Shown piece by piece: positions 45,499 through 54,558 of a stretch of DNA of 64,000 nt. The DNA comes from Candidatus Multivoradales bacterium (GTDB taxonomy: Bacteria; Acidobacteriota; Thermoanaerobaculia; Multivoradales; JAHEKO01). The stretch is taken from contig CBDCYF010000005.1 in the NCBI GenBank assembly GCA_965224065.1, positions 3,691,087-3,755,086 on the forward strand. Reading direction: 5' to 3'. The translations under genes were made by a program, and so were the position numbers. Position 1 is the first letter of the stretch, and each line of letters begins with the position of its first letter. Under the pieces are notes generated by a model. That model saw only the letters and a program-made list of their open reading frames with translations, made no database searches and was not told the DNA's origin.

Positions 45499-46329
45499 AT
45501 GACCCTTCTCAACACAGCCTTTCGGTCATTCTTCGATCTGCTGCTCAAGCCCTTTGAGGGTTTCTCGCCCTGGGCGGGGCTGTTGTTTGTATCGCTGTTG
45601 TCGGCGGTGGCGGCGCTCCTGGTCTACAAGCGGGTCTCCAACCAGGACGCCATCGAGCGGGTCAAGAACCGTATGCAGGCCTCGCTGTTCGAGATCCGGC
45701 TCTTCAACGACGACCTGCGGGCCATCCTGCGCGCGCAGGCCGGCTTTCTGATGGGCAACCTGCGGTACCTGGCGCTCAACCTGGTGCCTCTTCTCTGGTT
45801 GATCATCCCCTTTGTTTTGGTGTTCGTGCATCTCGAGCCGCGCTATCGCAACCAGGGGCTGGATGTTGGCGCGCCGGCCCTTCTCGAAGTCGAGATGGAC
45901 AAAGGGACGAGTGGCCGGCCCGAGCTGGAGCTCGATCTGCCCGCCGAGCTTCGCGCCGAGTCACCCGCCGTATGGCTCTCGGGAGCTCGCACGATGGCCT
46001 GGCGACTGGCCACCGATCGCCCTGGCGCCTACGAGATCGATCTGCAGTCCGGCGGTGAGGTTCACGACAAGGAGATCCGGTTCAATGGCCGCACCGAGCT
46101 CTTCTCGGCCGAGCGTCCGGCGAAGGGCTTACTCGCCCAACTCGCCCAGCCCGCCGAGAAGCCGATGCCGTCAGACGGCGGCATCGCCGCCATCCGCGTG
46201 AGCTACCCCGAGCGCTCCTGGGGCACGGTGCCGGGTACCGACATCAAGATTGCCTGGTGGTTTTGGTGGCTGGTACTGATGGTGGCCTTCGGGCTGGTGC
46301 TGCGCCGCCCGATGGGCGTGCAGATCTAG
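45499..46329 (+). CDS. Membrane protein, DUF106/EMC3/TMCO1-like architecture
   Basis: Amphipathic helix-TM1-coiled coil (YKRVSNQDAIERVKNRMQ)-TM2 (LVPLLWLIIPFVLVF)-beta domain-TM3 (WWFWWLVLMVAFGLVLRRPMGV). Confidence 0.55.
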   Translation: MTLLNTAFRSFFDLLLKPFEGFSPWAGLLFVSLLSAVAALLVYKRVSNQDAIERVKNRMQASLFEIRLFNDDLRAILRAQAGFLMGNLRYLALNLVPLLWLIIPFVLVFVHLEPRYRNQGLDVGAPALLEVEMDKGTSGRPELELDLPAELRAESPAVWLSGARTMAWRLATDRPGAYEIDLQSGGEVHDKEIRFNGRTELFSAERPAKGLLAQLAQPAEKPMPSDGGIAAIRVSYPERSWGTVPGTDIKIAWWFWWLVLMVAFGLVLRRPMGVQI

Positions 46330-46372
46330 CTTGCATCCTGCACCCGGGAACGCCCCGGTTAAACTCGGGTTA

Positions 46373-46828
46373 GTGAGTTCCTTTGCCTATGGCGGCGCCG
46401 AGGCGTTGGTAGCGCTGCACGAGAAACACCTTCGGGAGTTCCTGGGTGTTTGGCGTGAAGCCGACCGGGTCGGAGTCGACCTGCCCGAGACGTCGGACCC
46501 AAGCTACGCCTCTCGCGAGGCCTTGCTGGCCCATGTATTGGGGTGCGCGGCCCGGTATCTGAGCTGGATCTGCGAGCAATTGGAACTGCCGTCTCCCGGC
46601 CTCGAGGAGTACCCGGATCCAGGGTCCCTTTCCGACCGAGCCGACTGCTATCTCGAGGAGATTTTTGAAGCCTGGGGTGGGTCGCTCCGATCTCTTACCG
46701 AAGAGCGTGCCTACGAGCCCGCACACGTTTCCCGGTGGGGACCGCCGTATTGCGTCGACGCCATGATGGAACACGCGGTCATGCACCCCATCCGGCATAC
46801 CCATCAGCTCAGGGCGCTCCTTGGCTAG
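46373..46828 (+). CDS. DinB/YfiT-like four-helix protein
   Basis: LLAHVLG and EHAVMHPIRHTHQL histidine pattern. Confidence 0.7.
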   Translation: MSSFAYGGAEALVALHEKHLREFLGVWREADRVGVDLPETSDPSYASREALLAHVLGCAARYLSWICEQLELPSPGLEEYPDPGSLSDRADCYLEEIFEAWGGSLRSLTEERAYEPAHVSRWGPPYCVDAMMEHAVMHPIRHTHQLRALLG

Positions 46829-47744
46829 AGCGCTCATCGCTCTCGGAGCAGCGACGGTTCTGTCGTCAGCCGCGATAGCTCAGCCGGTCGACGGACCACC
46901 GCCCGCGCCAAAACCCGAGCAGCGAGCGGCCGTCGAGCGGGCGGAGCGACTGGGCGCGGCGATCTACACAAAAGACCAACTCGCTTGGCGGGCCACGGAT
47001 GCGCTGCTCGAGGAGGTGGACATTACCGGCGATCCTCGGCTCAGGGGTTGGATTACCGTTTTCAATCAAAGCGACTGGCTGGTGAGATTCGTCGGCGAAA
47101 TCGACGGCGATCTCTTTGCGCTCTATGACGTCCCCTTCTCGCAGTGGGAACCGCAATCGGTGAAGGAACTCGATCCCGCTCAGCCGCTCGTAGGAGAGGA
47201 ACTGCGGGCGTTCAACGCGCGTCAGACGGCGATTGAGGCGATGCCGTACCAGTGCACCGCAAAGTACAATTCCGTAGTCCTACAGCAGGACAAGCCCGAG
47301 GACGGCTGGGCCGTTTATCTGCTTGCTGCTTCGACCACGGAGGGCGAGATTCTCGCGGGCGGACACTTTCGAATCGAAGTGTCCGTGAGTGGGGAGGATG
47401 TCCAACGAGTCGAGCCGCTATCGAAAAGCTGTCTCAAGATAAATCCGCAGCAGGAGGTCGGTACGGAAGCGGAAATCGTGCTTGTCTCGCACATCATCTC
47501 CGACACACCCATCGAGACGCATGTGTTTCTGAGCTTGCTACATCGCAAGCCGATCGGGGTCGTGACCCAAGCGGGCCAATGGATGGTCTACGGGGGCCGA
47601 ATCGGGTTCGTTGGCGAGCTTCCGGACGACCCACCCGATCCGGACGCTTGCAGAGAGCTCCTGAGTGATGCGTCGGATGAGATCGCGGATGACGAGGAAA
47701 CGGAGTGTTCTGTGGCTCCCGACTCGCCGCAAAAACCGGACTGA
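46821..47744 (+). CDS. Hypothetical secreted protein
   Basis: Signal peptide AIA-Q; YNSVVL, GGHFR, PLSKSC, PIETHVFLSL. Confidence 0.7.
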   Translation: MARALIALGAATVLSSAAIAQPVDGPPPAPKPEQRAAVERAERLGAAIYTKDQLAWRATDALLEEVDITGDPRLRGWITVFNQSDWLVRFVGEIDGDLFALYDVPFSQWEPQSVKELDPAQPLVGEELRAFNARQTAIEAMPYQCTAKYNSVVLQQDKPEDGWAVYLLAASTTEGEILAGGHFRIEVSVSGEDVQRVEPLSKSCLKINPQQEVGTEAEIVLVSHIISDTPIETHVFLSLLHRKPIGVVTQAGQWMVYGGRIGFVGELPDDPPDPDACRELLSDASDEIADDEETECSVAPDSPQKPD

Positions 47745-47808
47745 CCTAGAACCGAATGGCCTCTCCTGTGCCAAGATAGGCGCGAAAACTGAATCAAGGA
47801 GGACCCCT

Positions 47809-48348
47809 ATGCGCAAGTTTTTTCTTTTTGTTCTCATCTGCACGATGGCCCTCGGCGCCGGTACCGCTGCGCAGGCCGAGGGCGCGGATGCCCAGGCGGT
47901 CTTTGACCAACTGGCCGCACTCGAAGGCACCTGGCACGGCCAGCCCGAAGGTAAGGGCGAAGTGGCGGAGGCGGAAGCCGAGGCCACGGGGATGGTCACC
48001 CACGAGATCAAGGTCTCGGCCAACGGCTCGGTGGTGATGGAGACGATGAACCCGGGGACGGATCACGAGATGATCAACATGTATCACCTGGACGGGGAGG
48101 ACGTGGTTCTCACCCACTACTGTGCGGGCGGCAACCAGCCACGGATGCGTCTCGACCGCGAGGCGAGCACCGCCGAGAAGCTGGTGTTCGATTTCGACGG
48201 CGCTACCAATCTGACGCCGGAGACCGATCACTACATCCGTTCGGCCGAGCTCACCTTGATGGGCGACAAGCTGACGAGCTCCTGGACCGCCTGGGGCGGC
48301 GGTGAGAAGGTCGGGGGGATGACCTTCCATCTCGAGCGCGCGGAGTAG
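47809..48348 (+). CDS. Hypothetical secreted protein (beta-barrel-like)
   Basis: AGGAGG RBS, signal peptide, LEGTWHG, THYCAGGNQPRM. Confidence 0.75.
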   Translation: MRKFFLFVLICTMALGAGTAAQAEGADAQAVFDQLAALEGTWHGQPEGKGEVAEAEAEATGMVTHEIKVSANGSVVMETMNPGTDHEMINMYHLDGEDVVLTHYCAGGNQPRMRLDREASTAEKLVFDFDGATNLTPETDHYIRSAELTLMGDKLTSSWTAWGGGEKVGGMTFHLERAE

Positions 48349-48383
48349 CCGGCAAACCTCTGGATCTCCGCCGACCGCGCACC

Positions 48384-48725
48384 ATGCCAAAGGAGAGCAT
48401 CTATCGCGTCAAATTCCTCCAGCAGGGTGACGTGTACGAGGTCTATGCGAGCGGGGTGTCGCAAGGCGGTCTGCTGGGATTTGTGGAGGTCGAGCAGGTG
48501 CTCTTTGGCGAGCGCTCGCAGCTCGTGGTCGATCCGTCGGAAGAGCGACTCAAAACCGAGTTCGAGGGAGTGGAGCGCTTCTATGTTCCGCTCCACTCGG
48601 TGATCCGCATCGACCAAGTGGATCGGCAGGGAACCCCACGGATCAGCGAGCTGGAGGGGGGCAAGGGCAACGTCGCGGCGTTCCCGATGCCTCTTTACAC
48701 ACCCAAGAGCTCTTCCGACAAATAG
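48384..48725 (+). CDS. DUF1820-like protein
   Basis: YRVKFLQQGDVYEVYA, LLGFVEVE, VVDPSEERLKTEF, PLHSVIRID. Confidence 0.75.
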   Translation: MPKESIYRVKFLQQGDVYEVYASGVSQGGLLGFVEVEQVLFGERSQLVVDPSEERLKTEFEGVERFYVPLHSVIRIDQVDRQGTPRISELEGGKGNVAAFPMPLYTPKSSSDK

Positions 48726-48761
48726 AGACCGAGGCCGTTCGCCGGTGACGACTACGGGCCG

Positions 48762-50255
48762 CTAGGGCTCGTTCGCGGTGCCGTCACTTTGCTCTTGCGC
48801 GATGGCGGCCGCGAGGGTCTCGAAATCCTCCGCCGCGAGGTCCAGCGTGCTGAACCCGTCGCTGACGAAGGCTCGCTCGAGCCCATAGCGGTCGTGTAGG
48901 AACTGAAACACCTGCAGGTCGTTGGCGCTGGGAGCCGCCAGCGCAAGCCATCCACGCTCGGAATTCAGCTCAAAGGTGTGGTTGTGGAAGGTTCCCCACA
49001 GCCGCCAGCCCGCTGCCAGGTCTGTTTCGATCGCCTGGAGAGCGTGGGTCGGTTTGGGCGGGATCGGATCGCCGTCTGCGGCCATATAGACCTTGATCCG
49101 GGCCTCTTCACCTTCTCCTCGCCGCAGGACCAACGTCACGATCTCGGTCGGCTGCTCGAAAAGCGGGAAGCGTGACGCCTGGTAGCCGAGCGTCTGGCTT
49201 TCGAGGCAGCTCATCGGTCGGTGCCGCCCCACCGTTCCGGACTCGATCGCCCGGTTGATCGCCCGCTCGGCCGGGTGCTCGCGCTCGAGCCACGAGAACA
49301 TCCGGCGGTTGGCCTGAATCAAGCCGAGCGGACCGACATCGCCCACGGCCTCGCGAGCTCGGGACCGGTAGTGGATCAGAGCCGGGTGGTCCGCCGGCGC
49401 TGACCCCCACAGGCCGGGGTGGTCCACCAGGGTCCAGACCTGGTGCAGCTCGGGGCCGTCGCGGTGCTGGACCATCGCACCGGCGCGCCGCAGAGCGTTT
49501 GGATCGGCGCATTCGAGGCTTGTGACATCCGGTTTGCCCCGTTCCCCCGGGCGCTCGACGGCGTATTGAATTGTTGGGTCGGGCCACTCGATCACCATGC
49601 CTCGGGCCACACCCTGCGCGACCTTCTCGCCGTAAAGGTAGTCGACCAGGTGCATCGCCACGTCGTAGCTTCGCGCCCCGCCCTGCGATGTCAGCGCCCT
49701 GCCGTCGTGGACAAAACTGACACCCCGCCGCACGTCGAGATGCGGGAACATCTCTTCGTACCGATCGAGATCGCCCGGAAAGGTCGTGCTGGCCACGTCG
49801 TCGAGAAGCTCCGCCGCCGCCAGGACGAACGCGCCGTCGCAGAGCGAAACCAGGTAGTCTGCTTCGGCTCCCACCTCGCGCACCCAAGTCATCATGGCCT
49901 CGTCCTCGAGGTCGCTGTCCATCGAGTGCTCGGCGCTCGGCACGACGAGGACGTCGATCGTCGGCGCGTTCCCGAAGCTGTAGTGGGCGCCGATCTCGAT
50001 GCCCTCGAAGCTCGTCACCGGCTTGCCGTCGGGGGAGACGATAAAGAGTTCCATCCCCGGGTCGGTGTGAAAGACCGTGTGATGAAAGATGTCGTAGGGT
50101 GCGATCAGCTCGCTGTTGTAGACGCCGTCGACGACCAGAAAACCGACCCGCAGTGGAGCCGGCTCACCGGCCGCTAGGGGCACGGGCGCCAGGAACAAGG
50201 GCGTCCAGAGAAATGACGCCAGGAACAAAGCAGGGGCTAGCAGACGGCGCGGCAT
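48762..50255 (-). CDS. Exported DJ-1/PfpI family protein fused to an unknown C-terminal domain
   Basis: Signal peptide; DVLVVPS, VSLCDGAFVLAAAELLD, LTSQG; C-terminal FHNH...PSAND. Confidence 0.8.
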   Translation of the reverse strand: MPRRLLAPALFLASFLWTPLFLAPVPLAAGEPAPLRVGFLVVDGVYNSELIAPYDIFHHTVFHTDPGMELFIVSPDGKPVTSFEGIEIGAHYSFGNAPTIDVLVVPSAEHSMDSDLEDEAMMTWVREVGAEADYLVSLCDGAFVLAAAELLDDVASTTFPGDLDRYEEMFPHLDVRRGVSFVHDGRALTSQGGARSYDVAMHLVDYLYGEKVAQGVARGMVIEWPDPTIQYAVERPGERGKPDVTSLECADPNALRRAGAMVQHRDGPELHQVWTLVDHPGLWGSAPADHPALIHYRSRAREAVGDVGPLGLIQANRRMFSWLEREHPAERAINRAIESGTVGRHRPMSCLESQTLGYQASRFPLFEQPTEIVTLVLRRGEGEEARIKVYMAADGDPIPPKPTHALQAIETDLAAGWRLWGTFHNHTFELNSERGWLALAAPSANDLQVFQFLHDRYGLERAFVSDGFSTLDLAAEDFETLAAAIAQEQSDGTANEP

Positions 50256-50410
50256 GAGAGGACCCTACAATAGCGTTCGGCTTTCAAGAGTAGACTGTGC
50301 GCGGCGCTGTCCGGCCGGCTGGGGTGGCAAGAGACCTGCAGGTAACCGGCCTCGCGAACAAGTCGTCAAGGCTGCACCCGACAACTAAAAAACGAGCAGG
50401 AGAACGGGCA

Positions 50411-52165
50411 ATGAGATCGACCAGCGGAAAGCCACGGCATTGGGTTCTGCCCATCGTGGCGGCGCTTGCCGGTTCGCCGCTCCTCGCGCAGACCCCCCAA
50501 GCGGACGAGAGCCCGTCTATTTTTGTGGATCGGGTGGACGTCAATGTGGTCAATATCGAGGTCTTTGTCTTCGACAAGGCGGGCAATCGGGTGACCGGGC
50601 TGACCAAAGACGATTTCGAGATCTTGGAAGACGGGCAGCCGGTGGAGATCACCAATTTCTTCACCGTCGCGCGGCGGCAACGGCTCGAGCGCAGTCTCGA
50701 GAAGGCCCGGTTGCCCGAGGAATCGACGCCGAGCGATGAGATCCAGCTACTGCCCGCCGATCGGCAGCTCAACCTGGTGGTTTACATCGACCACTTCAAC
50801 CTTCGGCCGTCCAGTCGAAATCGTGTGCTCGACGATCTGGCCGGTTTTCTCGAAGATCGCACCCGGATTGGCGACAACGTCATGCTGGTTGGCGCCTTTC
50901 GCGGCGCCGAGGTGGTGATGCCGTTTACCCGCGACTGGAGGACCGTGGCCGTGGCACTTCGCAAGATGAGGAAGATGGCGACTCACCGCCAGGATGACGA
51001 GGCCGAGATTCGCCGCGCCATCATGTTGATGCGGTTGGCGGCCGCCGAGGGATCAGCAAACAACGCATACAACCACGTGCGCAGTTATGTACAGTCGAGT
51101 CGCAGCGACCTGAGGCGGTCGGTTGTGACCCTGCGGGATACGGTGCGCTCGCTCGCGGGCTTACCGGGTCGCAAGGCGCTGCTCTATGTCAGCGAGGGTC
51201 TGCCCCAAAGGCCGGGTGAAGAGCTCTACGAGCAACTGCAACAGATCTTTGGCAGCCAAGCCCTACGAGGGGCCAACCGGCCCGGCGCGGTGATCGACCC
51301 GTCGATCGAGGCACTGCGCGAAGATCAGACGCGCCTTTTCAACAACGTCGTCCGCGAAGCCAACGCTCACCAGGTCACGTTCTACACCGTGGATGCCAGT
51401 GGCCCGGGAATGACCAGTCTTTCGGCGTCGATCTGGACGGGGGCGGTCGCAGGCCCGCGAACCGTATTCGACGCGCTGCGGAAACAGAATCTCCAGCAGC
51501 CGTTGATCGAGATGGCCGAGGCCACCGGGGGCTCTTCGATCCTGAACAGCTTCAACTTCGACGAAGTGTTGCACCGGCTGGCTGGCGACTTTGACGGTTT
51601 CTACTCGCTGGGCTACAGCCCCGCGGTTGGTGGCGACGGCACCTATCGAGAGATCAAGGTAAGAGTGAAATCGCCGGGATTCGAGGTGAGACATCGGTCG
51701 GGCTACGTCTCTAAGGCCCCGGCCGAGACGATCGCCGACCGCACACTGTCGTCGTTGTTGTTCGGCCTGGAGAAAAATCCCCTGGAAGTCGAGATCGACT
51801 TTGGCGACTGGAAGAAGACGGGCCGGAACAAATTCGATCTTCCGGTTCTGGTACGGGTGCCTTTCCGCCGGGTGACGCTGTTGCCGGGAAACGGCACTCA
51901 CGAAGGCCGGCTCAAGATCTATATGGCGGTCAAGGACGAGGAGGGCGCGATCTCGGACATCCACCAAGAGAGCTACCCGCTCGAGGTTCCAGCGGCCCGC
52001 CTGGACGAAGCCCTCGGCAAAGAAGTGGGCTATATGGTGACGCTCCAAGTAAGGGGCGGTTTGCCCAAGGTCGCCGTCGGGGTCTGGGACGAGCTCTCGG
52101 GAGTGGACTCGTTTGTCCACAAGCAGACGCGCGTCGGCCGCAAAAAGGGTCAGCCGCTGCGGTAA
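50411..52165 (+). CDS. VWA-related Acidobacteria-type domain protein
   Basis: VDVNVVNIEVFVFDKAGNRVTGLTKDDFEILEDG, LPGRKALLYVSEG, YSLGY, VRHRSGY. Confidence 0.85.
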   Translation: MRSTSGKPRHWVLPIVAALAGSPLLAQTPQADESPSIFVDRVDVNVVNIEVFVFDKAGNRVTGLTKDDFEILEDGQPVEITNFFTVARRQRLERSLEKARLPEESTPSDEIQLLPADRQLNLVVYIDHFNLRPSSRNRVLDDLAGFLEDRTRIGDNVMLVGAFRGAEVVMPFTRDWRTVAVALRKMRKMATHRQDDEAEIRRAIMLMRLAAAEGSANNAYNHVRSYVQSSRSDLRRSVVTLRDTVRSLAGLPGRKALLYVSEGLPQRPGEELYEQLQQIFGSQALRGANRPGAVIDPSIEALREDQTRLFNNVVREANAHQVTFYTVDASGPGMTSLSASIWTGAVAGPRTVFDALRKQNLQQPLIEMAEATGGSSILNSFNFDEVLHRLAGDFDGFYSLGYSPAVGGDGTYREIKVRVKSPGFEVRHRSGYVSKAPAETIADRTLSSLLFGLEKNPLEVEIDFGDWKKTGRNKFDLPVLVRVPFRRVTLLPGNGTHEGRLKIYMAVKDEEGAISDIHQESYPLEVPAARLDEALGKEVGYMVTLQVRGGLPKVAVGVWDELSGVDSFVHKQTRVGRKKGQPLR

Positions 52166-53202
52166 AGCACCTCGCCCTTGATCCCTGGTACGGTGATTTT
52201 GAGGGTGGCGGCGGACGCGTCCGATACGTCGACACTGACGATGTAGTAGCCGCCCAGGGCGCGGGCCAGTCTCTTGGTCTCCCTTAGAGAAAAGCGATTG
52301 GTCTTGCCGTAGGTGCCGCCGGTGCGGTCGGCCATGACACGCAGACCGACCTCGAGGTCGTGATAGTCAGCGTCGGTGATGTCCAGGACAAAGACCGAGG
52401 TGTTGGCCCGGTTGAGCGCTCGCTCGGCGCGTAGAAACCGGCCTTTGAGCGCTGATTGTCTCGAGCCCAGGCCCCAGCCGAGCAAGATGATCTCCTTCTC
52501 ACCCGGAAACCGGCCGAGTACCTCTGCGGTCTGGATGAGCGCATCTTCCGGGGTCGCGCTGCGCCGAGCCCGCCGGAGGTCCCAGTACTCGGCCAGCGAG
52601 AACGTGTCGGACGACACACTTGCCGGCCTGTCGTAGCGTACGGCTTTCTCGACGGCATTGAGGATCCGATTCCGTTCGGAAGTGAAGTCTTGAAACAGCT
52701 TGAGATGCGAATCGAAGGCCACGACCGCCGCCAGATCGGCCGGGTCGAGCGCGTCGAGCAGGATCTCGATGAGCGGGAGCATCTTGAGATGCCCCTTTAT
52801 CCTGACCGGATGCAGACCGGCTTGAACCCAAAAGGTCACCAGTCGGTGACCCGGACCGCGGAGGGTTGACGGCCCGCGTCCGGCAGGGTCGATCAATTCC
52901 TCGTTCTGAGTCGAGAGCGCCGGCGGAGCGGTAGAGCCGGACGACACCCAGTCCACCGCCACGATCGGAAGTCGCAGTTTGCCGGCACGGGCCTCAAAAT
53001 CTTCCGCGCTGAGACCCCGTATCGGCTCGCCTCGCCTGTCGATCACTCGCACCACGATCTGTTGCAGCCGAACATCGACTTGCGCGTGAAAGCGCTCGGT
53101 GGAGTCGCCGACCTGCGGGGCCGGATCGGCCTGTGGCCACGCTGCCGCCGGGTCGAGGACCGCAATCGAGGCAGCCGCGACAAGAGCGATCAAGCGTCCC
53201 AC
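52150..53202 (-). CDS. VWA-related Acidobacteria-type protein (short form)
   Basis: VRVIDRRGEPIRGLSAEDF, FQDFTS, PGEKEIIL, ADRTGG. Confidence 0.75.
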   Translation of the reverse strand: MGRLIALVAAASIAVLDPAAAWPQADPAPQVGDSTERFHAQVDVRLQQIVVRVIDRRGEPIRGLSAEDFEARAGKLRLPIVAVDWVSSGSTAPPALSTQNEELIDPAGRGPSTLRGPGHRLVTFWVQAGLHPVRIKGHLKMLPLIEILLDALDPADLAAVVAFDSHLKLFQDFTSERNRILNAVEKAVRYDRPASVSSDTFSLAEYWDLRRARRSATPEDALIQTAEVLGRFPGEKEIILLGWGLGSRQSALKGRFLRAERALNRANTSVFVLDITDADYHDLEVGLRVMADRTGGTYGKTNRFSLRETKRLARALGGYYIVSVDVSDASAATLKITVPGIKGEVLYRSG

Positions 53203-53268
53203 TAGATTTCTCCGAACGCGGCTCTACTCGGTCGGTCGGTTCTCATCCGGCTCGGTCCGTCGGCTCGG

Positions 53269-54495
53269 TTAGGCCCCCGGATCGGAGCCACCCGAGACAT
53301 TGTTTGTGAAAAGCAGTCGCTCCAGCTTCGAGACGCGCTCGTTTGGCGAGTCGGACCGGCTCGCTTTCTTGTACCAGCGGCGGGCGTCTTCGATCGCACC
53401 AACTTCCAGAGCCAAAATACCCAGGGCGGCCTGCGCGTCGGTGCGGTCGGTCGAGAGCTTGAGGGCACGCCGGTAGTAGCTCTTGGCCTCCTCGGTCTGC
53501 CCGAGCTCGAGACTTTGGTCGCCCAGCGCCAGGTAGGCGAACGGATTGCGATTGCCTCGCCGGTCGATTACCGAAAAGAGCTCGAGCGCAGTGTCGGCGT
53601 TGCCCCTCGACTTGTGGAGCGAGGCCAGGTTGCGATAGGCGGGGAAAAACCCGTCGTCGACTTCGATAGCGCGCAGATAATCGCGCTCGGCACCGACGGT
53701 GTCGCCGTTGCGTCGCCGCGCGACACCCAGGTTGACTCTAGTACTGGCGAGATAAGGGTCGATTTTGACGCCGGTCTCCAGCCATTCAATGGCCTCGGCA
53801 TGGCGCCCCCGCTGGATCAGCTCAGCACCGCGATTGGAGTGGAACAGGGCCAGAGCCGTGGCGTCGGAGATGGGAGTAACGGTCTTGTAGTCCACTTCCG
53901 GTCCCACGTTGAACTGGAGCACCCGTCGGTCGGTGCCGATGCCAAAACCGACAGTGATGTGGCCAGAGACGACGACCACGTCGCCCTGTCGGCGGAACCG
54001 GCGAATGCGGTCGATGCTCAAATACCGCGCGTCGACTCCTATCTCGCGCGCCATGGCGAGAAACAGGTGCGAAAAGGAGAGACAGTTGAACTTGCGGCTG
54101 GCAAAGACCTCTGCTGCCGTGCCCGTGTGTCCGGCCTCGTACTCCAGCCCGAGCTCTTTCTTGTCCTCGAGATACTGCAGCAATCGGTAAGCGTCGTATG
54201 GTGACCGGCTTCGTCGGGGAAACCGCTCAGCCAGCCATCGCCGCATTTCCGGAGTCAAACGATCCGGGTAGGTGATGTCCGCTGGGTCGAGGCCCCGTGC
54301 CTTGACAAGGGCCTCGAGGCTGCTCTGGTGCAACACGGCGGGATGGGCCGAGCAGCCGGCAAGGGTCAACAGAAAAAGCGACAGCGAGCCGAGCTGTGAA
54401 AGTCGCCTGAGGGGCTCATTGGCTTGTCCGAGAGCTCGCATACGAGGCGTGTTCCTTCGATTCTGTTTACGCAACCATGCCATTCGAGTTCTCAA
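53269..54495 (-). CDS. Transglutaminase-like + TPR protein, probable lipoprotein (start uncertain)
   Basis: LAGC lipobox; FNCLSFSHLFLAMAR and GHI; C-terminal TPRs. Confidence 0.75.
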   Translation of the reverse strand: MRTRMAWLRKQNRRNTPRMRALGQANEPLRRLSQLGSLSLFLLTLAGCSAHPAVLHQSSLEALVKARGLDPADITYPDRLTPEMRRWLAERFPRRSRSPYDAYRLLQYLEDKKELGLEYEAGHTGTAAEVFASRKFNCLSFSHLFLAMAREIGVDARYLSIDRIRRFRRQGDVVVVSGHITVGFGIGTDRRVLQFNVGPEVDYKTVTPISDATALALFHSNRGAELIQRGRHAEAIEWLETGVKIDPYLASTRVNLGVARRRNGDTVGAERDYLRAIEVDDGFFPAYRNLASLHKSRGNADTALELFSVIDRRGNRNPFAYLALGDQSLELGQTEEAKSYYRRALKLSTDRTDAQAALGILALEVGAIEDARRWYKKASRSDSPNERVSKLERLLFTNNVSGGSDPGA

Positions 54496-54558
54496 GCACT
54501 GTACTCCCTGCCCGATGGACTCTCCGATCCAGAAGATTCAGCCTTAGCAGGAAGAGGC

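Noticed and set aside
45266-45502. 78-aa ORF between the microprotein and the membrane protein
   Set aside because: Composed almost entirely of hairpin and REP sequence.
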